A DNA stretch of 64,000 nucleotides from Hydrogenophilales bacterium. GTDB lineage: Bacteria; Pseudomonadota; Gammaproteobacteria; Burkholderiales; Eutrophovitaceae. Made by a program: the position numbers and the translations under genes. Below, in pieces: positions 47,893 through 56,977 of the stretch (positions are counted from its first letter, which is position 1; the number at the start of each line of letters is the position of its first letter). The notes under the pieces were generated by a model. The model saw only the letters and a program-made list of their open reading frames with translations. It made no database searches and was not told where the DNA came from. The DNA is taken from positions 11,089 to 75,088 of the forward strand of contig CACOJS010000007.1 of assembly GCA_902627495.1 (NCBI GenBank), in the 5' to 3' direction.

Positions 47893-49620
47893 TTAGTGAA
47901 TTTCTGGTTCGGGGGTAGGGCCGGCTGGTTCCAGAAAGTCGAAGTCACAACCTTTATTGGCTTGAAGCACATGCTCTGAAAAAATTTTTCCATAGCCCCG
48001 TGAGAATTTGACAGGCTTGGTTTTTTGAGCAGCCTTACGTGAGTTTAGTTCATCCTTGCTTACTTTGACTTCTAGCTTTCGTAAAGGTACGTTCACTTCT
48101 ATAAGGTCGCCTGACCTCACCAATGACAGTGGACCCCCAACCCAAGACTCAGGTGCTACGTGTAATATACAGGTGCCATAGCTTGTGCCACTCATCCTCG
48201 CGTCTGATATTCGCACCATATCACGGACTCCTTGCCTAAGAAGCTTTTTGGGGATTGGTAACATCCCCCACTCCGGCATACCAGGACCACCAACTGGGCC
48301 AGAGTTACGTAGGATTAAAACCGAGTCTGGGTTAACGTCAAGACTCGGATCATCGATTTTTTTTGCCATTTCATTATAGTTATCAAAAACAATTGCTTTA
48401 CCGATATGCTCATGAAATTTTGGATCCGCGGCATTCGCTTTTAAAACCGCACCGTCCGGTGCCAAATTGCCCTTAAGAACAATTAGGCCCCCAGCGGGTT
48501 CTATCGGGTTGTCTGGTGTTTTTATTACCTCATGGTTGAAAATTTTGTATCCCTCAATGTTGTCACCTAACGTTTTTCCGGTACATGTTTTTTCAGCTAA
48601 ATTTAGTAGTCTATGCATTCCCTGAAGTAAGGCTCCCAACCCGCCTGCGTAATAAAAGTCTTCCATAAGGTATTTGCCAGCTGGGCGTAAATTAGCCAAA
48701 TACGGCGTTTCCAAGCCAATTTTTTCAAAATGCTCGAGCTCTAGTTCAATACCAGCTCGTCGGGCTAGTGCAATAACATGTATGAGCCCATTTGTTGATC
48801 CGCCAAGTGCCATAAGTACTTTTATAGCATTTGCTATAGTTTTTTCAGTAATAATATCAGACGGTTTAAGATCTTCGATGACCATATCAACAATCCGTCT
48901 TCCTGAGTAAGTAGCCATTCGGCGATGACCTGAATCGGGAGCGGGAATTGACGAGGCGTTTGTTAAAGAAAACCCCATTACTTCTGCAATGGATGTCATA
49001 GTAGATGCGGTTCCCATGGTCATACAAGTTCCGGGTGATCTGGCAATACCCTCGATCATTTCTTTCCAATCCCTTTTTGAGATATTTCCAGCTCTTAGTT
49101 CATCCCAGTATTTCCAAATATCTGAACCTGACCCCAGAGTTTCCCCCCGCCAATGTCCTCTTAACATAGCCCCAGCAGGAACAAAAATAGTGGGAATGTT
49201 CATACTGATAGCTCCCATAAGCAGGCCAGGTGTGGTTTTATCGCAGCCTCCCATCAGTACGCAGCCATCAATTGGGTAAGACCTAAGGAGCTCCTCAGTC
49301 TCCATCGCCAAAAAGTTTCGATACATCATAGTGGAGGGTTTCTGAAACACCTCTGCCAGTGAAATGGCTGGCATTTCAATCGGGACACCTCCTGCCTGAA
49401 GTATCCCTTTTTTAACGTCTTTCGCCCGCTCTTTCAAGTGTGAATGACAGTGGTTAATTTCGCTCCAAGTGTTGATTATTCCAATTATGGGCTTTTTCTC
49501 AATATCCTCTTCAGTTAGGCCTAGTTGTAATATTCTTGAGATGTGGCCAGACCCTCTGAGAGTGTCGGACGAGAACCACCTTTGACTTCTAAGTTTTATA
49601 AATTTTTTCTTCCTTTGCAT
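47893..49620 (-). CDS. IlvD/Edd-family sugar-acid dehydratase (L-arabinonate dehydratase AraD-like)
   Basis: NTWSEINHCH, GGCDKTTP, GTCMTMGTAST, GGSTN, SDARMSGTSYG and C-terminal PEIH typical of the pentonate dehydratase branch. Confidence 0.85.
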   Translation of the reverse strand: MQRKKKFIKLRSQRWFSSDTLRGSGHISRILQLGLTEEDIEKKPIIGIINTWSEINHCHSHLKERAKDVKKGILQAGGVPIEMPAISLAEVFQKPSTMMYRNFLAMETEELLRSYPIDGCVLMGGCDKTTPGLLMGAISMNIPTIFVPAGAMLRGHWRGETLGSGSDIWKYWDELRAGNISKRDWKEMIEGIARSPGTCMTMGTASTMTSIAEVMGFSLTNASSIPAPDSGHRRMATYSGRRIVDMVIEDLKPSDIITEKTIANAIKVLMALGGSTNGLIHVIALARRAGIELELEHFEKIGLETPYLANLRPAGKYLMEDFYYAGGLGALLQGMHRLLNLAEKTCTGKTLGDNIEGYKIFNHEVIKTPDNPIEPAGGLIVLKGNLAPDGAVLKANAADPKFHEHIGKAIVFDNYNEMAKKIDDPSLDVNPDSVLILRNSGPVGGPGMPEWGMLPIPKKLLRQGVRDMVRISDARMSGTSYGTCILHVAPESWVGGPLSLVRSGDLIEVNVPLRKLEVKVSKDELNSRKAAQKTKPVKFSRGYGKIFSEHVLQANKGCDFDFLEPAGPTPEPEIH

Positions 49621-49645
49621 ATATATCCCTTCATATATATCCCTT
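49618..49645. repeat. Perfect 14-bp tandem duplication of the dehydratase SD+ATG
   Basis: CATATATATCCCTT twice (minus strand AAGGGATATATATG twice). Confidence 0.95.
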
Positions 49646-49866
49646 AATTGACAAATTTCAGAGGTCTACCTACAACATAGGGTTAACATTTTTTTTTTTG
49701 CATAGCCGCGACCCACTATTTTAGGGCATACTTTAAAGGTTATGAAAGCAAAAGGTTAATTATTAGTTTCTGGTGGAATTTTTTTATTGAAAAGATTATA
49801 TGTAGCAGACTATCTTGGCGTATTTAGCTAAGCACAGCAAATTTATGAATTGAGGGGGATCAAAGA

Positions 49867-51189
49867 GTGATAGGCGAAAAAATCGAGGTGAATATTGGAG
49901 GAGGGTTAAACATTAACCTTCCTGAAATGGTACAAATTAGGCAAAAATTTCAAACCACAAAGATTGATAGTGTCACTAAAGCTGTAAAGGACGAATTCTT
50001 GCGCCCAGATATTAAAGCGAAAGTTAAGCCAGGAATGCAAATAGCAGTTGGAGTTGGATCACGAGGGGTGGCAAATATAGCCGAGTGTACAAAGGCTGTG
50101 GTGACAGAATTAAAAAGCCTGGGGGCATCCCCTTTTATATTTCCAGCTATGGGGTCTCATGGCGGGGCGACAGCTGAAGGCCAGCAACAGGTGTTGGAAA
50201 GTTATGGCATCAACGAGTCCCATGTGGGTTGCCCAATTTTATCTGATATGACCGTCGAAAATATTGGGGATCTCGATGGAATGCCGGTCTACGTTGATAA
50301 AAATGCTGCTGGAGCTGATGGAATAGTGCTAATTCCTCGGATCAAACCCCATACCAGCTTTCGAGCACCGATAGAATCAGGGATCGTGAAAATGCTGACT
50401 ATAGGGATGGGAAAAATTGACGGAGCTACTACTCTACATTCTTTCGGTATGGATGTTTTTGGTGAATTGTTACCAAAGACAGCTAGATTTGTAATAGATC
50501 AAAAAAACTTTTTATTTGGTTTGGCAATGCTTGAAAATGCGGCAGATGAAACCGCCTCAGTAGAGGCTGTAACGAGTGAAAACCTATTTGAGCGGGAACC
50601 AAAACTACAAGCTATAGCTAAATCATTGATGCCTAGCCTACAGTTTGATGAGATAGATGTTTTGGTAATAGAAAAGATAGGTAAAAATATCTCAGGTTCA
50701 GGTATGGATCCGAATATTACAGGCCGAAATGGGAGAGGTGTAGAGTGGGATATGCGGCCTCACGTAAAAAAAATTGCTGTTTTAGATTTGACCGCCGAGA
50801 CTCATGGAAATGCCACAGGTATTGGGGGAGCCGATGTAATTACAATGAAATTGTATAACAAACTTGATATCTCTAAGACATATGCAAATATCATCACCTC
50901 AACTTATTTAGATGGTGGTGCTATTCCGATAATAATGAATAATGATGACGATGCAATTCGTTTGGCGGCAAAAACTGTAGTCCGTGTGAAACCTGAGGAA
51001 CTCAAGATAGTCAGGATTGCTAATACGTTGGAAATAGTTGACATAGAGGTCTCGTCACCAATGCTTGACTTTGTTAGGACAAATCCTGACAAGTTTGAAA
51101 TTCAAGGTACTCCCAAACCTTTTAAATATGATAAAAAAGGAAATTTATATCCTATGCTTGGAAAACTACACGAGAATATCACGGCCTAG
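49867..51189 (+). CDS. LarA-superfamily (nickel-pincer cofactor) racemase/epimerase homolog
   Basis: GVGSRG, PAMGSHGG, RIKPHTSF, ESGIVKM and TTLH match by eye the LarA His/His/Lys/His catalytic positions; followed by larC-larE-larB. Confidence 0.8.
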   Translation: MIGEKIEVNIGGGLNINLPEMVQIRQKFQTTKIDSVTKAVKDEFLRPDIKAKVKPGMQIAVGVGSRGVANIAECTKAVVTELKSLGASPFIFPAMGSHGGATAEGQQQVLESYGINESHVGCPILSDMTVENIGDLDGMPVYVDKNAAGADGIVLIPRIKPHTSFRAPIESGIVKMLTIGMGKIDGATTLHSFGMDVFGELLPKTARFVIDQKNFLFGLAMLENAADETASVEAVTSENLFEREPKLQAIAKSLMPSLQFDEIDVLVIEKIGKNISGSGMDPNITGRNGRGVEWDMRPHVKKIAVLDLTAETHGNATGIGGADVITMKLYNKLDISKTYANIITSTYLDGGAIPIIMNNDDDAIRLAAKTVVRVKPEELKIVRIANTLEIVDIEVSSPMLDFVRTNPDKFEIQGTPKPFKYDKKGNLYPMLGKLHENITA

Positions 51190-51205
51190 GTCAGGGCATT
51201 AGGAT

Positions 51206-52417
51206 ATGTGGATACACCTAAACCCTGTGGGAGGAATCGCGGGCGACATGTTTATAGCTGCGGTTTTGGATGCTTTTCCTGAATTAAAAGAGGATCTATT
51301 GGCCACATTTAGTACGTTTCCAATCCCCGATACATTGAATTACCAAGTGAATTCTTTTAGTGATCATGCAATTACAGGCACCAAATTTTTGGTTACTGAG
51401 AGCAAGCAAGGGACAGAATTGGTCAAGCCACCTGGGAGTTATAATGACATTATAAAATATATCGACAACTTACAGATCGATAAGAAGATTTCAGAGATTG
51501 CTAGAGCAATTTTTCTCCTCCTTGCCGAGGCTGAAAGTAATGTCCATAAGATAAAAATTGACAAGTTAAGTTTTCATGAGTTAGGGGAGTGGGATTCCAT
51601 CTTAGACATTATAGGGGCAAGTTTTTTGATCAACGCACTAGACGCAGAATGGTCGGTTGGGGTAATTCCTCTTGGTGGTGGAACGGTATTAACGGAACAT
51701 GGTCAGCTTCCGGTGCCAGCTCCAGCAACCTGCTTTTTGCTGAAAGGTTTCAATATTTATGACGATGGTGTCCCGGGAGAAAGAGTGACCCCGACCGGAG
51801 CAGCTATTTTAAAGTTTTTACGAAAATATCAACCTGTAACTACCAGAAATGGTTATTTGCAGGGATCAGGAGTTGGGTTTGGAACAACGAAATTCAAAAA
51901 GCTAGCTAATATTTTGAGGATTTTAGTCTTTAACGACAAATCATTGGAAAGTTTTTATGACAGAGTTGGTAAGGTAGAGTTCGAAGTAGATGATCAAACC
52001 CCCGAGCATTTATCTCTGGCGATCGATAAAATTAGACAACAGCCAAGTGTACTTGATGTCTTACAGCAGATAGGTGCTGGGAAAAAAAACCGCGTAGTAG
52101 TTACAGTTAAAATTATATGTAGACCAGAAAGCATTGAAGAAGTTATTGAAAAATGTTTCCTCGAGACGAGTACACTTGGGGTCCGTTATGTAATTATGGA
52201 CCGTCGTGTTCTAAATCGACAATTTGAGTCTGTCGATTTAAAAGGAGAAACAATGAGAGTCAAGTTGGTCTCTCGTGGTGGTCAAGTCACAGGTAAAGTG
52301 GAGGCTGATGATTTAAGTTTATTGACTACTGGTCAAAGTGGTCGAGATACTTTAGCTGATGAAGCCGTTTTACTGGCGATTGATAAATGGAAAAATAATA
52401 AAAGAGATTTAAAATGA
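51206..52417 (+). CDS. larC: NPN cofactor nickel insertase LarC
   Basis: GGIAGDM, FHELGEWDSILDI, HGQLPVPAPAT, VTPTGAAIL, EVDDQTPE, KKNR, ETSTLGVR. Confidence 0.92.
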   Translation: MWIHLNPVGGIAGDMFIAAVLDAFPELKEDLLATFSTFPIPDTLNYQVNSFSDHAITGTKFLVTESKQGTELVKPPGSYNDIIKYIDNLQIDKKISEIARAIFLLLAEAESNVHKIKIDKLSFHELGEWDSILDIIGASFLINALDAEWSVGVIPLGGGTVLTEHGQLPVPAPATCFLLKGFNIYDDGVPGERVTPTGAAILKFLRKYQPVTTRNGYLQGSGVGFGTTKFKKLANILRILVFNDKSLESFYDRVGKVEFEVDDQTPEHLSLAIDKIRQQPSVLDVLQQIGAGKKNRVVVTVKIICRPESIEEVIEKCFLETSTLGVRYVIMDRRVLNRQFESVDLKGETMRVKLVSRGGQVTGKVEADDLSLLTTGQSGRDTLADEAVLLAIDKWKNNKRDLK

Positions 52418-53199
52418 AAAATGACCTTTTAGCAAAAATTAAAGGTAAACCTAATATTGCGATTGCTGTTAGTGGAGGCGTGGATAGTCTAACATTGGCA
52501 ACTTATAGTCATCGATTTTTTTGTGGAGAGGTAACCATGTACCATGCACTCTCACCAGCTGTTCCGCCACAGGCTACAGAAAGAGCCATGAGATTGAGTC
52601 AAAAAGAACAGTGGAAGCTAAAAATAATAGATGCTTATGAATTTAAGGATGAAAACTATCTAAATAATCCGATTAACAGATGCTTTTACTGTAAATCTAA
52701 TCTCTATGGCACTATCAGTAAGGCAACCAACCACCAAATTTTTTCTGGAGCAAATACGGATGATCTGAAGGAGTTTCGGCCTGGTCTCACCGCAGCTCAA
52801 AAACATGGGGTTAGACACCCCTTTGTTGAGGCAGGTATGGGAAAAGAGGCTGTTCGAGCTCTTGCTAGGGAATTAGGTTTGGCCGATATTGCAGACATTC
52901 CATCTTCTCCATGTTTATCAAGCAGAGTTGAAACCGGAATTGTTATAGATAGCACAGTCTTGCAATTAATCAACAGAGCAGAGTTAATGATTAATAAGTT
53001 AGTCCAGGCAAAAACAGTAAGATGTAGAGTGCGGTCAGACGGCGTTTATATAGAGTTAGACAGTAACTCTATGGCTAATCTAACAGACGAGCTTAAAGCA
53101 GTACTTTCGGAGCAAACAAAAACCCTTTTTTTAGCATCAGGTTTTAAATATAAGGTTGAGTTTGCTAATTACAAAGTGGGAAGTGCTTTTTTGAATTAA
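52414..53199 (+). CDS. larE: NPN cofactor sulfur transferase LarE
   Basis: PP-loop AVSGGVDS, NRCFYCK, GANTDD..FRPG, SPCLSSR. Confidence 0.92.
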   Translation: MKNDLLAKIKGKPNIAIAVSGGVDSLTLATYSHRFFCGEVTMYHALSPAVPPQATERAMRLSQKEQWKLKIIDAYEFKDENYLNNPINRCFYCKSNLYGTISKATNHQIFSGANTDDLKEFRPGLTAAQKHGVRHPFVEAGMGKEAVRALARELGLADIADIPSSPCLSSRVETGIVIDSTVLQLINRAELMINKLVQAKTVRCRVRSDGVYIELDSNSMANLTDELKAVLSEQTKTLFLASGFKYKVEFANYKVGSAFLN

Positions 53200-53203
53200 A
53201 GGT

Positions 53204-53878
53204 ATGGTATCAAAATCGTTCCAATTAGATGCTGATAGATCATCAAGGACAGGTTTAGATGAGGCAATCTTTTGTGCTCATAAAACCACAAATGACATAG
53301 TAAAGATCATGCAATCTTTACTAGAAAGAAAAACGCGAGCTTTGTTTACGCGCTTGTCACAGGTAAAATTTGAGCAAATTCCTATAAACGTAAGAACGGA
53401 ATTAAACTATGATCCATTCTCATCGACTGCAATACTCGGGACAATGCTTGAGCCGACTAATGAGCCAAATATTGCAATAGTGTCTGCAGGAACCTCTGAT
53501 CTAAACGTTGTAACAGAAGCAGCTAGAACTTTGATTTACTATGGTAAAGGATATGTAGATATAAATGATGTTGGTGTAGCGGGTTTGTGGAGACTGCTGC
53601 AAAGAATTGATGATATAAAAAAAATGGATGTAGTAATTGCAGTAGCAGGAATGGACGCTGCATTACCTACAGTTTTGGGAGGGCTGATACCTTGTCCGAT
53701 TATTGGCGTTCCAACATCAGTGGGGTATGGTGTGGCTGATAGTGGTAGCACAGCTCTCAACTCAATGCTTGCTAGTTGTTCCTCCGGATTATCAGTTGTA
53801 AATATAGATAATGGGTACGGTGCTGCTTGTGCTGCTTTAAGAATTTTACAGATAGCCAAACCAGGATCTGATAGCTAA
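53204..53878 (+). CDS. larB: NPN cofactor carboxylase/hydrolase LarB
   Basis: RTGLDEAIF, AGTSD, DVGVAG, VAGMDAAL, PTSVGYG, VVNIDNGYGAA. Confidence 0.93.
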   Translation: MVSKSFQLDADRSSRTGLDEAIFCAHKTTNDIVKIMQSLLERKTRALFTRLSQVKFEQIPINVRTELNYDPFSSTAILGTMLEPTNEPNIAIVSAGTSDLNVVTEAARTLIYYGKGYVDINDVGVAGLWRLLQRIDDIKKMDVVIAVAGMDAALPTVLGGLIPCPIIGVPTSVGYGVADSGSTALNSMLASCSSGLSVVNIDNGYGAACAALRILQIAKPGSDS

Positions 53879-54009
53879 GACTTCCTCTCAGGCCATAATT
53901 TTCCACATCAGTAAATACTACATCTCAAACTGAGTGGTTTTTCGAATACCTTTACCTTGGATTATTTATTCAAAACTAACCCTGGTTGACCATATGTTAG
54001 CCAATAGTA

Positions 54010-54516
54010 TTATTCTAACTCGACCGAAATAGCGTCAATAGCTGCTTGTGCACAAACCTCATCTTCATCGGAGCTAGCACCACTTACTCCTATCGCTCCT
54101 AGAAGAGTGCCATCTTTAGTTTTGATGGGAAGCCCACCCGCGAAAGCAACTATATCTTTTGAATGAACGAGACCTGGAACACGTCCTGGTTGACCATCTT
54201 TACCATAAACTATTTCTGCAATTAATCTCGTTGGAAAAGGTATTCGAGCCGACGATCGGGCTTTTGCAATAGCTATATCAATACTACCCAAAAAAGCATC
54301 GTTTTGGCGTCGGAAAAGAATCAAGTTGGCCCCGCTGTCGACAATGGCGACATTTATTTTTCTATAACCTACTTTCGCTTGGTTCGCTTCACAGGCATCA
54401 GCCATTTTTTTCGCAAGTGATAAGCTTAGAACAGGTTTGTTTTCCAAGGCATTTGCACTAGTTGTAACTCCAAGTAGAAACATTAACATGGGTAGACAGT
54501 ACAAAGTGTGTCTCAT
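54010..54516 (-). CDS. GlcG/HbpS-family heme-binding protein with signal peptide
   Basis: Signal peptide ...TTSANA/LE, NVAIVDSG, SIDIAIAKA, FAGGLPI, GAIGVSGASSDEDEVCA. Confidence 0.88.
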   Translation of the reverse strand: MRHTLYCLPMLMFLLGVTTSANALENKPVLSLSLAKKMADACEANQAKVGYRKINVAIVDSGANLILFRRQNDAFLGSIDIAIAKARSSARIPFPTRLIAEIVYGKDGQPGRVPGLVHSKDIVAFAGGLPIKTKDGTLLGAIGVSGASSDEDEVCAQAAIDAISVELE

Positions 54517-54566
54517 ATTTTTCTCCTTTATAAAATTTAAGTAAGTTTCTAAACGTTTCTTTCAAA

Positions 54567-55838
54567 TTAATTTTTTACAACCCGGAAACCAGTCATTTGC
54601 CATCGATCTTGGGGATAAAAAAAGTTACGGTAACTTGGTCTAATATGTGATTTTGGAGTGAGGCAAGAGCCCCCCTTTAATACCATTTGGTTGATCATAA
54701 ATTTTCCGTTGTATTCCCCTAAGGCTCCTTCTGGTGGCGAAAAGCCAGGATAGGGTAGGTAGCTACTGTTAGTCCACTCCCATACATTTCCCATAAAATT
54801 AAAATCATTTTTATCTACAGATGGATGAAGTTTTTCAGTCTCTAAAAAATGGTTACCTGACCTAAATTTTTGGCAAACCACCTCTAATTCTATCTCCGTT
54901 GGTAAACGATAACCAGCCCATCGAGCGTAGGCGTCAGCTTCGTAAAAGCTTAAGTGACATACTGGTTCAGCTAGATTCAAACTTTTAACTCCGCCAAGTG
55001 TGAACTGAGACCAATTTTTGTCATCTTTTATCCAGTATAAAGGTGCTTGCCACTCATTATTGTTTTTTATATCCCATCCATCCGACAGCCAAAGCATTGG
55101 ATTTTGATAGCCGTTATCTTCGATAAAATCGACATAGTCTTTATTCGTAACAGTTCTGGAAGCTATCTCATATTTATTCAGAAACACTCTATGGTTTGGG
55201 GTCTCGTTATCAAAAGCAAATAAGCTTTTATGCTCTGCTCCGGCCTCATATATACCACTGCCTATTTCAATCCACTCTTGAGGTCCCCTACTTAAAGTTT
55301 CATCATTTCTTGCGACATGGTAATTTGGTAGTAATGGGTTGTGCCAGAAAAGATGTTTTATGTCAGTTAGAAGTAATTCTTGGTGCTGTTGCTCATGGTT
55401 GATCCCCAGAAGTACCCGTGTGGCGACTTCAGTATGAAGTTTTCTATTGCAACTCTTAAGTAATTTGATAACACCCTTGTTTATGTGATTTCTGTACGCG
55501 TAAACCGTCTCAAGGGAGGGTCTAGTGAGTAAACCTCTGTGTTTCCTGGTGTAGACAGTGCCAGCTGACTTATAGTAAGAATTAAACAAGTGGTTGAAGT
55601 TATCATTAAAGTCAAGATAGTTTTTACAAAAAGCTTTTAGGAGAAATTTTTCAAAAAACCAAGATGTATGTGCTAAGTGCCATTTTGCAGGGCTTGCAAA
55701 GGCGGCACTTTGAGCACAAGCATCTTCTGTAGTTAGGGTAATTGATAATTTGTTGGTCAATTCCCGAGTTGCAATGAAAGTTTTCGCTAATTGAGTTAAA
55801 ATGGGGGTGGTGGATTGTTTTAAAAGAGTCATAAGCAA
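54567..55838 (-). CDS. egtB: Ergothioneine sulfoxide synthase EgtB (NSYY, type II-like)
   Basis: SPAKWHLAHTSWFFE, FNSYY, HEQQHQEL iron ligands; FGE-like C-terminal domain with GNVWEWT and RNFF. Confidence 0.92.
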   Translation of the reverse strand: MLMTLLKQSTTPILTQLAKTFIATRELTNKLSITLTTEDACAQSAAFASPAKWHLAHTSWFFEKFLLKAFCKNYLDFNDNFNHLFNSYYKSAGTVYTRKHRGLLTRPSLETVYAYRNHINKGVIKLLKSCNRKLHTEVATRVLLGINHEQQHQELLLTDIKHLFWHNPLLPNYHVARNDETLSRGPQEWIEIGSGIYEAGAEHKSLFAFDNETPNHRVFLNKYEIASRTVTNKDYVDFIEDNGYQNPMLWLSDGWDIKNNNEWQAPLYWIKDDKNWSQFTLGGVKSLNLAEPVCHLSFYEADAYARWAGYRLPTEIELEVVCQKFRSGNHFLETEKLHPSVDKNDFNFMGNVWEWTNSSYLPYPGFSPPEGALGEYNGKFMINQMVLKGGSCLTPKSHIRPSYRNFFYPQDRWQMTGFRVVKN

Positions 55839-55971
55839 CTTAGTTTTAGATCAAACACCGAATCATAAAGCACGATAATCATATTTTCTACTAATAAAAA
55901 AATTTGTAGGTCTTAGAAGTAGTAGTTATCAAGCACTAATGTAAATTGTAATCAAGCTATATGTTGTTTTT

Positions 55972-56952
55972 ATGGATGATCATCCCTCTCGAAAAAATTT
56001 AAAAATAATAGTAAAACCGTCTCAAATACTCTCAGAACTTAACCAGATAAAAAAAGGTTTGAGAAATAAAACAAAAGAGATAGCACCAAAGTTTTTTTAT
56101 GATGCTAAAGGCAGCGAGTTATTTAATAAAATATGTGAGACTGACGCATATTATCAAACCCGTACAGAAATGAGTCTGCTCCACCGGAGAGCTAACGATA
56201 TTGGAGATCTTCTTGGTGATAACAGGATTATCCTAGAGCCGGGAGCAGGAAATATGCGAAAAGTAAGATCTTTGTTCAAGGCGGTTAAGCCAGAGAGATA
56301 TTTAGGAATAGATATTTCAAAAAAGGAAGTTGTTAAATCAAGTCATGCTTTAGCTATAGATTTCCCCAAAATATTAATCTTTGGAATTGTGGGAGATTTT
56401 TTGCTTATTGATAACGATGAACTTTCGGAGCTGATACCTGATGCGTGTAGTAGGTCCGTTTTTTTCCCAGGATCGACCTTAGGTAACTTCTCCCCTGACC
56501 AAGCTCAAGAGTTTTTGACACAAACGGGCGTGTTTATTGGAAATGGAGGTATCGGTATTTTTGGTCTCGACCTAGTAAAATCACCCAAAATACTCAATAT
56601 GGCTTATAACGATCCCGAAGGCTTTACTAGAGATTTTAATTTGAATTTATTGAGAAGACTCAATAAGGAATTTGGGGCTAACTTTGACTTAGGGGCTTTT
56701 AAGCACGAGGCTATTTATAGAGAGGATAAGGGTCGTATCGAGATGCATTTGGTAAGCTCTAAACGACAAGTTGCAATATTAGGAGGGGAGGTTTTTGAAT
56801 TTTATGAGGGAGAAAAAATTCACACGGAAAACTCTTACAAATACACAAAACAATCTTTCGAAAGCCTTGCCAGAAGTTGCAACTTTAGCCTTAAAGCCTT
56901 TTTCACTGATGATCGTGAATATTTTGGTATAGCGGTAGTAACCTTTCAATAA
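55972..56952 (+). CDS. egtD: L-histidine N-alpha-trimethyltransferase EgtD
   Basis: PKFFYD, YYQTRTE, FPGSTLGNF, AYND..GFT..FNLNLL, RIEMHL, HTENSYKY. Confidence 0.93.
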   Translation: MDDHPSRKNLKIIVKPSQILSELNQIKKGLRNKTKEIAPKFFYDAKGSELFNKICETDAYYQTRTEMSLLHRRANDIGDLLGDNRIILEPGAGNMRKVRSLFKAVKPERYLGIDISKKEVVKSSHALAIDFPKILIFGIVGDFLLIDNDELSELIPDACSRSVFFPGSTLGNFSPDQAQEFLTQTGVFIGNGGIGIFGLDLVKSPKILNMAYNDPEGFTRDFNLNLLRRLNKEFGANFDLGAFKHEAIYREDKGRIEMHLVSSKRQVAILGGEVFEFYEGEKIHTENSYKYTKQSFESLARSCNFSLKAFFTDDREYFGIAVVTFQ

Positions 56953-56977
56953 GAGACCACCAAGAATTTCTGATAGA

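Noticed and set aside
54567-55838. EgtB homolog as selenoneine synthase SenA or ovothiol synthase OvoA
   Set aside because: No senB/selD neighbours and no fused methyltransferase domain; egtD is adjacent.
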